In this document: positions 13,185 to 25,709 of the stretch, in pieces
How the letters are laid out: every line of letters begins with the position of its first letter
Numbering within the stretch: position 1 is the first letter of the stretch
NCBI GenBank assembly: GCA_964016885.1
Contig: OZ024743.1
Location: 10,540,001 to 10,604,000 of the forward strand
DNA from: Eledone cirrhosa
Lineage: Eukaryota
DNA length: 64,000 nt
Direction of reading: 5' to 3'
Notes under the pieces: model-generated
The model's input: only the letters and a program-made list of their open reading frames with translations
The model's database searches: none
Told to the model about the DNA's origin: nothing
Position numbers and translations under genes: made by a program

Positions 13185-14100
13185 TCTGGGAAGAGTCGTC
13201 AGCAGGTCTTGTCAGAAGCAACCATCTCCAATTGGTCCAGATCGAACCTCAAGCAAGACCAGCCAAGCTCATAGATGTTATCCAAATATTTTGCTCAGGG
13301 TCTTCCCCTGGGTCTCCTGCCAGTTGTTTTTTTCCCATAAAATCTGTCGAGTGATTCTTTTTTGATAGATTCTAACCACATGTCCATTGTATCAGAGCTA
13401 TAATCTCTTAGTAACAGTTCTGTCTGGGGCAAATCTCTGATCTCTGAGTTACACACTCTGTCAAGTAATGTTATTCCAAAGACCCTTCAGCAAAATCCCA
13501 TTTTGGCTGCTTGTATTCACGATCATATACTTTCGGTTATTTCCCAAGATTCATGACCATAGGCAGAGTTGGCATGAATGTCCAATTGAAGGTAATTAGT
13601 TTGGCTTTTACACCTACATTCTTTTTTCTGAAGTTGGTGCATTATTGCAATAACACCTGGAATTCTTGCACTTAATTCAGCCTCCTGCCTTCTATCACTC
13701 ATGAACATAGCCCTGAGATACTTGAATTCTCTACCTGCTTCAATGGAATGCCACTCACATGTAAAATGCACTGCACAGGCTTCTTTGACTGGACAAGTGG
13801 CTCAGTCATCACACCACTGGTTTTTATTTCTGCCATGCAAACCTTTCAGCAGTAAACCTTTCAAGTGCATGTCTGTTATCACCTTCTGCTGAGTTAAGTA
13901 ACACTATGTTGGTCACAAGTTCCAGCTGACCGATTCTGCACAATATAGTCTTGATACCACTTCAAACCCAGCTGCACAAGTCAATCCTGTCTATGAAGGT
14001 TATGAACAGGAGAGGTGAGAGTATGCAGTCTTGGCAGAGTCTGACACCCACATTGAATGTTTTCAGTATAGCACCATTTATCTGAACACAAATACTAGAG
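13185..14100 (-). mobile_element. Degraded RTE LINE (Expander/Rex3-like), RT core to 3' end
   Basis: Minus strand carries decayed VGVR..CILSPLLFI, FKYL, GHESW and GRPR-type motifs; homologous to 25300-25709 plus 27970-28395. Confidence 0.75.
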
Positions 14101-14554
14101 ATCTGCAACCTGAATTATCTGCAACCTGGGACTACCTAAAACCAAAAAAAGGCCACAAAACTGACAGGTCCAGCTTGACCTCCAGGATAAAGTGAAAAGT
14201 GCTGGAGGATGAGGAAATCAGGATCAGGTATGCAGATACTTTTACATCTAAATTCAGAGAACTTTTCTTATAAGCAGAGGGGGGGGGGGGGTAGACAAAA
14301 TGTAACTAGTGAAAATAATAGGATAGGTATTTATATAATGGGAGGATGCTCAAACCAGAGATAAATGGCAGAGCCTATGAAATAAAATCTTTTGAGAGCT
14401 GAATATCTTTTGATGTTTTTATTGATGTTGCAAAGCAAAAAGTATTTTTATAAAGACCCATAGCATGGAGATAATCAATCAAATGATTAAAAGCAACCTT
14501 CTATGATAGATTTTAGTTGAAACATAGATTGAAATTGTGCAGATGCAGGTTGTC

Positions 14555-14557
<3 letters not shown>

Positions 14558-14587
<30 letters not shown>
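14558..14587. repeat. Poly(T) run of 30 nt abutting the RTE 5' end
   Basis: Seen directly. Confidence 0.97.
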
Positions 14588-14590
<3 letters not shown>

Positions 14591-17500
14591 GACCATGCTG
14601 TAAAATGGAGGGGTAGAGAGGGCCCTTGAGTCTAGTAAGACATCCTCTCTAGTGCTGGTGGCACAAATAAAAGCACCCAGTCCATGCTGTAAAGTGGCGC
14701 TGGTGTTAGGAAGGGCATCCAACCAGTGTATCAATGCCAAAAAGCTTATCAGCACAGCAACAAAACAGCATAGAAAAATATGAAGACGTCGTATCTCAGA
14801 GTTGCAACACTTAATGTTGGCACTCTCAGAGGTAGATCTGCTGAAATAGCGGAGATGCTGGAGAGAAGGCAGGTGGATGTGTGCTGCGTGCAAGAGGTGA
14901 GATGGGGAGGTGCCTCTGCGAGACTAGTCGTAGGCAAGCGTCTTAGCTATAAGCTATTCTGGGTAGGTAAGGATGATGGGTTAGGGGGAGTAGGCATTTT
15001 CCTGGCTGAGAAATGGATCAATAAGACAATAGAGGTAGTTCGAGTTAGTAATCGAATAATTAAGCTTAGATTAGTTGTAGGTAGGAGACTACTGACAATT
15101 ATCTCGGTCTATGCTCCCCAAGCAGGCCTAGGCAAAGATGAGAAAGACTGCTTTTATGAGCAACTTTTGCAAACAACCACAATGACAGAGGACGGAGACA
15201 TCGTTATGCTAGCAGGAGACTTCAATGGTCATGTTGGACAGCTCCAGGATGGTTACACTGGGGTACATGGTGGGCACGGTTATGGTTCAAGAAATGAAGA
15301 AGGAGTGAGACTTCTTGAATTTTGTGATGCAAGTACATTGACTATTTGCAACACAAACTTCCAGAAACCTGCCAATCACCTAATAACCTACAAATCTGGT
15401 GAGCACATAAGCCAGATTGACTTCCTGCTAGTTAGGCAGCGGGACAGGCAGATAGTGTACCCCACAGCATAGGTTAGTTGTTAGTGATATCTCAGTAAGC
15501 AAGAGATGGAATGAGACATATAGGAAGGTGTGGAGAAGAAAGGTCTGGAAGCTAAAAGACCTTTCACTAAAATTCAAATTTAGGAAAGCCCTTCAAGATG
15601 TATATGACGAAAAAGAAGACGATTTAGAGATGTATGACATAGATAATAACTGGAAGTTCTTACGTGACAACTTGCTGCAGGCTACTGATGAAACCTGTGG
15701 CTGGAGCAGAGCTCCAACCAGACAGAGTGACCTGGTGGTGGAACAGCACAGTAGATAAGGCTATTAGAGACAAAAGACTAGCATGGAAGGCTTGGAAAAA
15801 GGGTGGGAGTAGGGAAGAATATACAGCCACTAAGAGAGAAGCTAGACGTCGGGTGTACTTAGCACGCAGGGAGGCAGAGAGTAGGAGGTTTGCCAATGTT
15901 CTGCGACGGGAAGATCAGAGGCGTGCGGTGTTCCACATTGCAAGGCAGTGTGTCAATGCAAATCAGGATGTTGTTGGTGATAAATGTGTCCGGGATGATG
16001 CCGGTGTACTTAGTGTCACGAATGACCAGAAAAAGGAGGCCTGGAAATGTCATTATGAAAGACTGATGAATGTGGAGAACGAATGGGAGAGAGAGAAATT
16101 ACCCTTGGTAGATCCGACAGAGGGACCAGCTATTGAGATTGACGAATATAGGGTCCAAGAGGCGATTAGGGAAATGAAAAATGGTAAGGCGGCCGGACCA
16201 TCGGGAATAGTTGCTGAGATGCTGAAGGCATCAGGGGACGTAGGCACTAAACTGGTTGCATGCATCATCAATCAGGCTATATATGGTGGTGTCATACCCA
16301 AAGACTGATGCAGCAGTATTCTCATAAATTGCTACAAAGGTAAAGGGGATGCTTTGGAGAGGAGCAATTATAGGGGTATAAAACTGATAGATCAGGTTAT
16401 GAAAGAGGCAGAAAGGATTTTAGCACAACTAATTAGAGAAAGGGTCAAACTAGATGAGATGCAGTTTGGTTTTGTGCCTGGGAAGAGTACAACAGATGCC
16501 CTCTTCTTGGTGAGACAAATGCAAGAGAGGTTCTTAGAGAAGAATAAGCCACTATACTTAGCCTTTGTTGACCTAGAGAAGGCCTTTGATAGGGTACCCC
16601 GATCTGTCATCTGGTGGTCCCTAAGGAAGCTGGGTGTTGAGGAATGGCTTGTGAGGACAGTGCAAACTTTGTACAGAGGTACTCTCAGTAAAGTCAGGGT
16701 AGGAATGGAGTTTAGTGAGGAATTCCAGATACAAGTAGGAGTACATCAGGGTTCGGTCCTCAGCCCGCTCTTTTTCATTATAGTCCTCCAAGCCATAACA
16801 GAGGAGTTTAAGACTGGCTGTCCATGGGAACTTCTCTATGCTGATGATCTGGCTCTTATGGCAGAATCAGTAGAGGAGCTAGAGAATAAATTCCGGCTAT
16901 GGAAACAGCAGTTGGAAGCAAGAGGACTGAGAGTAAATCTAGCTAAGACAAAAGTGTTGATGAGTAGAAAAGAGGACAAAACCCTGATTCCGTCAGGGAA
17001 ATGGCCATGTTCGATATGCAGAAAAAGAACTGGCATAAATTCTATAAAATGCACACAATGCAGGTCCTGGGTACACAAGAGATGTAGCGGGATAGCAGGC
17101 AAACTAACAGGTAGGGAGAAATATGTATGCAGTAGATGTACAGGGAAATTAGACAGTAGAAGTCGCACTGATAGACACATTTTTCAAATGCGAGAGGGCG
17201 CTATAGAAGTGGTGGATAGCTTCCGGTACCTAGGAGATCAGATTAGCATGGGAGGAGGGTGTTCCGAGGCCATAGTATCTAGAATAAGGACTGGTTGGAA
17301 GAAGTTTAGGGAGCTGCTTCCTCTGTTGACGAAGAAGGGTTTCTCCCTGCGTACGAAAGGCCGGTTGTGTGAGGAACGCGATGCTGCATGGTAGTGAGAC
17401 ATGGGCAGCAACCGCAGAGGATATGCGACGGCTGGAGAGAAATGAGGCAAGCATGCTCCGTTGGATGTGCAGTGTAAATGTGCGTGAACGACCCAGCATA

Positions 17501-17816
17501 AATGTGTTGAGAGAGAAACTGTGTCTGAGAGGGATAGAATGTAGTGTACGGGAGAGGAGACTGAGGTGGTATGGACATGTGATGCGCATGGAGGATGACC
17601 GATGGGTGAAGAAGTGCCAGGAAATGCCAGTTGAAGGAAGACGTGGTAGAGGTAGACCACGAAAAACATGGGCGGAGGTGGTGAGAACAGACCTCGGATC
17701 ATTGAAGCTCACGGTGGAGATGACGAGGGACCGTGACGAGTGGAGAGATGCTGTGCTGAATAAGACCCGTCCCACCCTTGCAAGCAGGGAAAAGCGGACG
17801 TAAAATGATGATGATG
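14588..17816 (+). mobile_element. Near full-length RTE-clade LINE (family A), disrupted
   Basis: APE motifs (TLNVGT, CVQE, SVYAPQ, GDFNGHVG, SQIDF) and RT motifs (QFGF, FVDLEKAFD, GVHQGSVLSP, YADD), C-terminal GRGRPRKTW, (GAT)n tail. Confidence 0.95.
14780..17803 (+). pseudogene. RTE APE-RT polyprotein broken by a deletion, frameshifts and a stop
   Basis: Split into ORFs 14780-15472, 15528-15758, 15664-16308, 16354-17394 and 17369-17803. TGA at 16306-16308 stands where the 61-kb copy has TGG. Confidence 0.92.
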
Positions 17817-18638
17817 TATTGTATGTATGTGTATGTTATCTTTTATTAATATAAGACAGCAACAAATATAAATATTGGCAAAAATTTGAAAAACCCCACT
17901 AGTACTCTAAGAATGAAGTCCTTTGTAAGAACTGTTCTATGCACCATATTCTCTCTCTCTCTCTCTCTGAAATGACCCATTAGAAATCTTTATCCAGTGA
18001 GACTATTGTTCATAAATTATAATATAAAATAAATAGGAAAAATGACTAATTCCTGTCTGTAATACTACTTATATAACATGGGTGGAGCTTTCTTGTTTAC
18101 TTGGTAATTTAGTCATAGCCTATCGTGTATTTATTAAGTGTATTTTGACTTAAAATTTGTCTTAACACAAATGATCCTTATTTTCAATATGCTATGGAAT
18201 TAATTGAAATATATTTGGCAGCTACTTTGGTTAGCCAAGAGACTATGTCATTTTTTCACTGAGGAATGGTATTTGATTCTTATGACTGAGTTATAAAAAT
18301 TCTACTTCGTGTATGGCATTGAAAGCATATTAATTCAGTGGTCCTGTATCTTTCCCAGAAACACTCATAAGAGAATGTAAGCTTGGTACTAAACACCAAT
18401 AAGACTGTCTGTTATTTACTGACACTCCTAACAGCAGTAAAAAGTGAACTGGTTCATTAAGATCTTACTGTCTTGGCTTGTATATCACTGGTGATAAGAT
18501 TGAACCATTGACCTGATAGTCTGTCTGACATTCTGATGCCTACAGCACATGTTAATTTGAATTTTTGATTTGTTGTTGCTGACTGTTCTCTGCAGCAATG
18601 CTTTCTCCACCATGTTTGCAGGGTGTAGCTGTGATATA

Positions 18639-18962
18639 TAGGGTGAAGGGTCCGTGCATGCAACGCATACAGTGCATACGTTATAGAATCTTGAGTTGAT
18701 CAATTGCGTCAGTTGAAGCAAGCAGAATTTTGGCTGCTTACTAAAACGTAGACAGATAAAAAGATAACACACACATACATACATACAAACTCATACACGC
18801 AAACACACTTACTAAATCCTAGACCCATAAAAAGATAACACACACACTAGATAACACTACATGCGGCTTTGACCGGGGGGGAGGGGTAAGGCTGCACAGC
18901 CCCACTTTCCGCCATGGCGATTGGACTGCATGCCCTGCTTTCCAGGTTATCCTTCGCCACTG
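18639..18962. mobile_element. hAT-like MITE
   Basis: Imperfect TIRs tagggtgaagg / ccttcgccactg (reverse complement cagtggcgaagg). 8-bp TSD gtgatata (18631-18638) vs gtaatata (18963-18970), 7/8 match. Confidence 0.65.
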
Positions 18963-21106
18963 GTAATATACTACCTGAACAGGTATGTAGAGTCTGTCCC
19001 ACCCCTTTACTTTCATTATTTAATTATTTTTATTGCAAACATAAATTATGTGAAAGGTGAAACCAGCCTAAAATATATTCCATTCTTCCAACATGGCAAC
19101 ATGTGCTATTGTTTCATTGACTATTCAAAGACAATCATCATTAAGCTGAGTACCAGTTGACTGTGAGGGTATGGCATTCAGCCAAGCACTGTTGTAGGGC
19201 TGAGAGGCATGGCTGAAACATGCTAGTTGGTGCTGTTCATGCAGGTGCATTAGGCTATCAAAGACTTTATCCTACTGAGTGATATACCCACAAGTTTGAC
19301 TGATGAGATGTCTGCAATATGAAGGCTGGGTTAAGTCAAGGTGAGAAATGTATTCCTTGATCAGGGTAGGTTCTGTAGTGTTGTGGAAAATGTCATTGAT
19401 AAGCACATACAGTTGCTAAATTTTTCAGATAAAGAAAGCAATGGTAATCACAAAGTGATATATCCATAACAACCATTTAATGAAGCCAAAACCAGCTTTG
19501 ACGGCAGTGACAATTAAGATATCACTCACACACACAAAAAAAAGTTCTATGGTGTCTAACTCTTTCAAATTGGAGAATGCTTCAAGCAACAAAAATCGTG
19601 ATGAAGTTAATATAAACCATGCATCTACTCTGGCTCTCTAAAACAATTATTAGAACTGGACAAATCTATTGAATTAGATTTCTTACTAAACTGCAAATAT
19701 GTATTAAATATGCATTGTTTATCAGTGTCATACATATGAGATTTGTTCCATGTATCATTGTCATACATGCAAACACATCTCATTGTTTGTCACATAGTGG
19801 GTTTTGCAGTTATGAGGTTCTGAGTTTTATTCTAATGTATGGTGCATTAGATAATTGTTTTCTATCATAGCATTGGATTTATTCAAAACTTGTGAGTAAA
19901 ACTGGTTAGAAGTAAACTACATGGAAGTCTGTCAAATGGACTGTACCTGTAATTGAAATGGCCAGCTTATAATTCTATCTGGGGATTACATTATTAGAAC
20001 AGATATTTGTGGAATTCTCAGCCACTTACACAATGTTTCATTAGTTCAAACAAATAGAATATTCATTGTCGAAAATGATCATCTGACATCATGTGGTAAA
20101 TCACTAGGTGTTACTTCTGTACATACAACATATAACCCACAGTCACACTTTCACACTTTCTAAATATCATTGTAATAGGAATCCTAGTTGAACTAGTGAT
20201 TAAAAAAAAAGAATTATAGATTAAATAGTTAATAGAGTAAAATCAGAAATTGGACCTAAAACAAGGAAAGATGCAAATATCTAATGAACAGTTGGTTAGA
20301 TTAGAAATTCGAACAGAACCAATAGCTGGTAAAATGTAAAAGAAACAAGGAATAGATATTAGTATTTGTAGCCAGCTAGGTATTGGGAAGTAAATGCTAA
20401 CATACTAATGTGGTAAGCACAATAACTTCAGTTGATTGAGATTATACCAGTATTAAAGACATGTAAACTTTGATGAATAATGTTTAATAAACCTAAACAA
20501 AGACAAGAGGGATAACTTAAAATCAATAAGAAAAAAAGTGAAATGAGTTCAAATATCAGATTCCTGGTTAATAAAAATTGGAGATAGGGAATGTAATGGG
20601 AAGAATGATTTTTCGCAGACATTCAGGATAGGTTTCAGTCTCATCAGACCTGTTCAGCAATGTATAGTTATTCTTGTGTTTTCTAGTTCGATGAAATTTG
20701 GAAGTCTAGAGTTAATCCAGAGTAGTTTTTTTTTAATCACTGAGTTCTTAAAGAGGTTGAAAGTTTTAATTTGTAGTAGAAAGGAGATAACATTTTCTAA
20801 CAGTTTTATCATTTTCAAAGGATTTAATGATTTAAATAAAATGAATTTCAACTTAAATCTGTTGAAAATGTGAAAAATGATGTAAACAGTAACAGTGGAA
20901 GCTGGAATGGTTCTGATAGGTTGCCGTTGACTTTGACCACTGAGCAGATGCCGCTGTGCATTGCACTGACTCTGTCTCAGAAGCTGGCCACCTTGAGGAC
21001 AGTGTTCAGGTATCAATGGTTGACCCTATCAAAAGCTTTTGATTGATGCAAATATTTTGTTGATCTCCTAAACCTGATCACAACAGCATATTCTGATGTA
21101 CACAAG

Positions 21107-21379
21107 GTGCATCTGGGAGTGGTAACTAATCTCTCAGAAGCTGAGGTCAAAAGAGTAACTACAGAGCTCAAATGTAGCAAGGCTGCTGAGGAAGATGAAA
21201 TCTGGCCCAAAATGTTAAAAGCCTTAAATAGAGAAGGTATTCTCTGGCTGACTCATGTGTGCTGGGTGGCCTGGATCTTTGGAAAGGCACCTAAGCAATG
21301 GCAATTGAGAGTGATAATCCCAATTTTCAAAAAGGGAGACAAGAGAGATTGTTCCAATTACAAGGGGATCTCCTTGTAA
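21107..21379 (+). mobile_element. RTE (Expander-like) internal fragment, RT N-terminal region
   Basis: KAAEEDEIWPKMLKAL...PKQWQ..VIIPIFKKGDKRDCSNYKGISL. Confidence 0.85.
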
Positions 21380-21681
21380 AGCCATTTCTCTCTTCATGAC
21401 CTATTTACCTGCAGGAGCATTTCTAGGAGAAATCTATTTCTGGTGAGATCCCTTCAATGTGGTCTTTAGTGTTCTTCTTTCCATGTAAGAAGGAAATAAA
21501 ATAAATTGGTCTATTTTACAGTGGACCACAGAGTATTTCTTTCAAAGAATACCAAGATGCTGGTCCTTGCCACATATTGAATGTCCAGTATCAAGCTCTT
21601 CAGAGCTGCTGTCAAATGGGATTCTGAGGCCAGATCTGGCTTTTTGGACTTGATACCAATACATCTATAAGTGATATTTTT

Positions 21682-21836
21682 TCACTCCATTGTTGCTAAC
21701 ACCTCAGGTGTATCATCTCCATTTTTTTTTCTAAAATCGGCCTCATATCCCCCTGAAACAAAAATAAATTAACAAATAACTGTTTAAACAGCATAAAACC
21801 ACAAACTTACTGGAGCTGATATTAATACGGCCATCA
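21682..21836 (-). CDS. Candidate host-gene 3' coding exons (21836-21811 joined to 21752-21682), product unknown
   Basis: Acceptor tttctttttgtttctcattAG, 26-nt exon, donor GTAAGT, 58-nt intron, acceptor tttatttttgtttcAG. The joined frame reads DGRINISSRGYEADFRKKNGDDTPEVLATME-stop. No homology recognised. Confidence 0.4.
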
Positions 21837-21861
21837 CTAATGAGAAACAAAAAGAAAGAAA

Positions 21862-22272
21862 TAATAATAATTGTTTCTACTTTAAACACAAGGCCAGAAA
21901 TTTGAAGGGGAGGGGAAAGTCGATTAAATCACTCCCAGTGTGTTACTGGTACTTTATTTTATCAACTTCATCAGGATGAAAGGTAAAGTTAACCTTGGCA
22001 GGATTTGAACTCGGAACTCAGAAGGGCCATAACTCTATGCTGCTAAGCATGTTGTCCAATACTGCCAATCCTCTGCCCAATAATAATAATTGTTTCTACT
22101 TTAGGCACAAGGCCAGCAATTACCCAGTGCATTACTGGTACTTTATTTTATCGACCCCCGTAAGTATGAAAGGCAAAGTTAACCTCGGCGGGAATTGAAC
22201 TCAGATCGTAAAGGGACATAACTATGCTGGAAAGCATAATCCGATCCTCTACCGATACTGCCAATTCACCAA
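21862..22272 (-). mobile_element. Tandem dimer of SINE family A (long variant 21862-22078, short variant 22080-22272)
   Basis: Two consecutive copies each with an (AAT)n tail. The first carries the extra segment ttgaaggggaggggaaagtcgattaaatc. Confidence 0.88.
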
Positions 22273-23632
22273 TAAGGTATCATTCAGTGAATTATATAAA
22301 CATTTTTCTAATACTGGAAAAAATCAACCTTTTGCATAAATATAATTTGGAAACCACACTTCATCACATATCTTATCATTGATGGAAATGTGCAATAAAA
22401 CGCCGTCAAATTAATGATGTTATTACAGAAATGTTGTATGGCTAGATGTAAAATTTTTCATTTTCATTCAATGATTCTCCTGTGAAGGAGTTGTGATATA
22501 AAACATTTCTGTAAAATAAAAGCTCAGTAACTCCACTTCAACAAGCATGAAATCTTAGAATTTCACTTGTCTTCAACAAGGAATTCTTCTGATTGGCAGA
22601 CATGGAAGAAAATCTTCTCAGAGGAAATCTTTATTTATTTCATATTATATCACATTTTTCAACAATATTATCATTGCATCAAATGGGCCAATAATTGGTT
22701 CACTGTATTCCTGACAGCAAAATTGACAAAGAAACATCTGCAACTTGATGCTAAGGACTTATTTTCAAGAGTACTGGTTTTCCTCTACTGTTATATTTTT
22801 CACTGATATACATCAGTGAAATAAACACACATATGCATTCACACACATGCACACACACATACTAGGCTTTCATTAACTAAATTCCACACAAAAGACATTA
22901 GTCAATCAAACATTATCGTAGTAGATACTTGCCAGGAAATGAACTTCTTAGCCACAGTTATGCTGTAGTAAATGGCAATCAACCTATTACTTAAGAAATT
23001 TTAGAGAGATATTGAAAGTTAAACATCATTCTCTTATAATAAAATTACATCTTTTGGCTATCTACACTATTAAGAACTACAAAGTGAAATTAACCCTTTT
23101 CATATCAAACTTCCTGAAACTATTTCTGGTTTTACAATACAAACAATAAATAGGGAATTCTGTAAGGAAGTAGATAAGACTAGCATGGGTTATCCACAAT
23201 TTAAAGTAGTCAACTTCACAAACCATAGCAGCTTAATAATGGCAAAGTTAGTTATAATACAAAATCCATGTAATTTTGTTTACTATTGAAAACAATTATT
23301 GGAAAATAATAAAGAGTAGTAATTATTTTTTCAAGTCTGATATTTATTTTATTGATATCTTTTTGTTGAATAAAGTTACAGGACATAAACACAGACATGG
23401 AAAATTGTGTCCAAAATTACAGGCACAACTTACATTTGCCACTTGAGTACAAAGAAGCAGTATGAAACAAAGTGCTATGCTGAAGGACTCTGCTCACATA
23501 TATTGTGTGTGTGTGTGCATGAGAGTGTATTCATCTGCATTTATAGTTTTTTCTTACATCAAGAGAAAGGGAGAACCATATTAAATGACTACTCAGTAAA
23601 AAAAATTTGAGATTGTATATTATAAAGATTAA

Positions 23633-25005
23633 TTATTTTTGCCCTTCAGGCTATAACAGAGGAGTTCAAGACCGGCAGCCCATGGGAACTCCTATATGCA
23701 GATGATCTAACTCTCATAGCTGAATCTATGGCTGAACTAGAGAAGAAATTCCAAACATGGAAGCATGGCCTAGAATCAAAAGGCCTTAAAGTTAACTTGT
23801 CTAAGACTAAAGTTCTAGTTTGTAGAAAGGAAAATAGGGCACAGGTGCCCTCAGGGAAATGGCCATGCTCAGTGTGTAGAAATTCTATTTTATGTAGGCA
23901 GAAATTCCATTTTATGTCCCAAATGCAAACTATGGGTACATAAAAGATGTAGTAGGATCACAGGTAGACTTTATATGTGGCCAATGCTCAGGTGCAATAA
24001 GTATCAAGTGCCCACAGGATACTAGCTCCTATTGCCCAGATGGTTCTATAGAAATAGTGGACACTTTCCGTTACCTGGGTGACGAAATCAGCAGTGGTGG
24101 AGGGTGTTCTGAAAGTACAGTAGCCAGAGTCAGAACGGGATGGAAAAAGTTCAGAGAGCTTATACCGCTGTTGGCCACAAAAGGTTTCTCTCTAAAAATG
24201 AAAGGCAGATTGTATGATGCTTGTATACGAACAGCAATGCTACATGGCAATGAGACATAGGCATTGTGTGCAGAGGACTGTGCAGACTGGAAAGGAACGA
24301 AGCATGCATGCCCTGTTGGATGTGTAATAGTAATATACATGAACGGTAAAGCATAAATGACTAAGTGAGAAATTAGGAATAAGAGGGATCAGATGCTGTT
24401 TACTTGAGAGAAGACTACGTTGGTATGGCCACGTGATGTGCATGAAAGACGACAGCTGTATAAAAAAAGTGCAGGGCGATCAAAATTGATGGTAGTTACG
24501 GAGTAGGTAGACCCAGAAAAACCTGGGACGATCTGATAAATTCCGACCTTACACACTTGCACCTCTCTAAGACAATGTCACTGGACCGAGATCTTTGGCG
24601 CTACGCAGTAATACAGAAGACCCGCTTTGCCTATGTACAAAGCGAAACCTACAGTCAGTAGGCACCTCTTAACCAAATATACACCCCAATCCACTACTCC
24701 TACCCTATCCTCCCACTCCCACCACCCTCTCTCTGTAAAGTTGGTACCCCAACATCCAGTCCAAATAAATGAGATTGAGATCGTGTAGGTGTCACGACAA
24801 AAAACACACAGTTCATACTGTAATGTGGTCGTGTAGGTAACACGGTAAAAAGTTCCCAGTTCCACACTGTAAATGTGGTTGGTGTTAGGAATAGTCCTAT
24901 ATGAGCGAGACACAGTCACCCGACCAACCTTGCCTCAAGTGGGGCAACTCCCGTCTAACCCATGCTAACGTGGAAGATGGATGTTAAATGAAGATGATGA
25001 TGATG
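23633..25005 (+). mobile_element. 5'-truncated degraded RTE LINE (family B)
   Basis: Collinear with 26455-27966 from ALQAITEEFKTG onward, with several indels; (GAT)n tail near 24993-25005. Confidence 0.93.
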
Positions 25006-25299
25006 AAAGAATAGGCAAGTTCAACATAGAAGATATAAGTGTAGTATTTAGTTGGTAAAGGCAAGGTATTAAGCCTAGGAGGAGTGAATTGGGAAAGGGT
25101 AGGGATAAGATTAGTGTGTTCTACATGTTTCATCCTATGAACGTGGGTGGGTTTTCTGCAGTACACCATAACACTAGGTATCTTGATACTTATATGTTTA
25201 ACTTTTATGTGTTCATGTCAGAATGTGTGTGTATGTATGTTTTCTTCTTTTTCTTCACCCATTTATTTCTTGGATGGTTGTGTGTGTAGAATATTCAAA

Positions 25300-25709
25300 T
25301 ATTCTTACCACTGGGTCCTGTCAGAAGCAATTGTCTCCAATTGATCTGGTTGCATCCCCAAGTGAGACCAGCCAAGCTCATGGATGTTTTTCAAACATCT
25401 TGCTTGGTATCTACCCCTGAGTCTCCTGGCAGTAGGTTTTGCCAATAAAATCTATCTAGCAATTATTTCTTTAGACATTCTTACCACATGCCCATAGTAT
25501 TGAAGCTGTGAACTCTCAATTCAGAGAAGTAGCAGCTCTATCTTAAGCATCTCTCTGATCTTCGAGCAATGCACTCTATCAAGTAATATTACTCCAAAGA
25601 CCATTCAGAAGAACCCCATTTCAGTCACTTGATGTGGGATTGTATTCTTTCAGTCATTATCCAAGATTCATGACTACAGATAAGGGTTGGCACAAATACT
25701 GAATTGAAG
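25300..25709 (-). mobile_element. Expander-like RTE remnant, 3' part (host of the nested insertion)
   Basis: Collinear with 13190-13590; continues at 27970. Confidence 0.75.

Noticed and set aside
17230-17775. Long antisense ORFs over RTE coding regions
   Set aside because: Shadow frames of the RT ORF with no independent motifs.
23426-23490. Minus-strand GTAAGT donor as a possible upstream exon of the 21.8-kb candidate
   Set aside because: The required phase gives an immediate stop, and the sequence looks like a SINE-B remnant.
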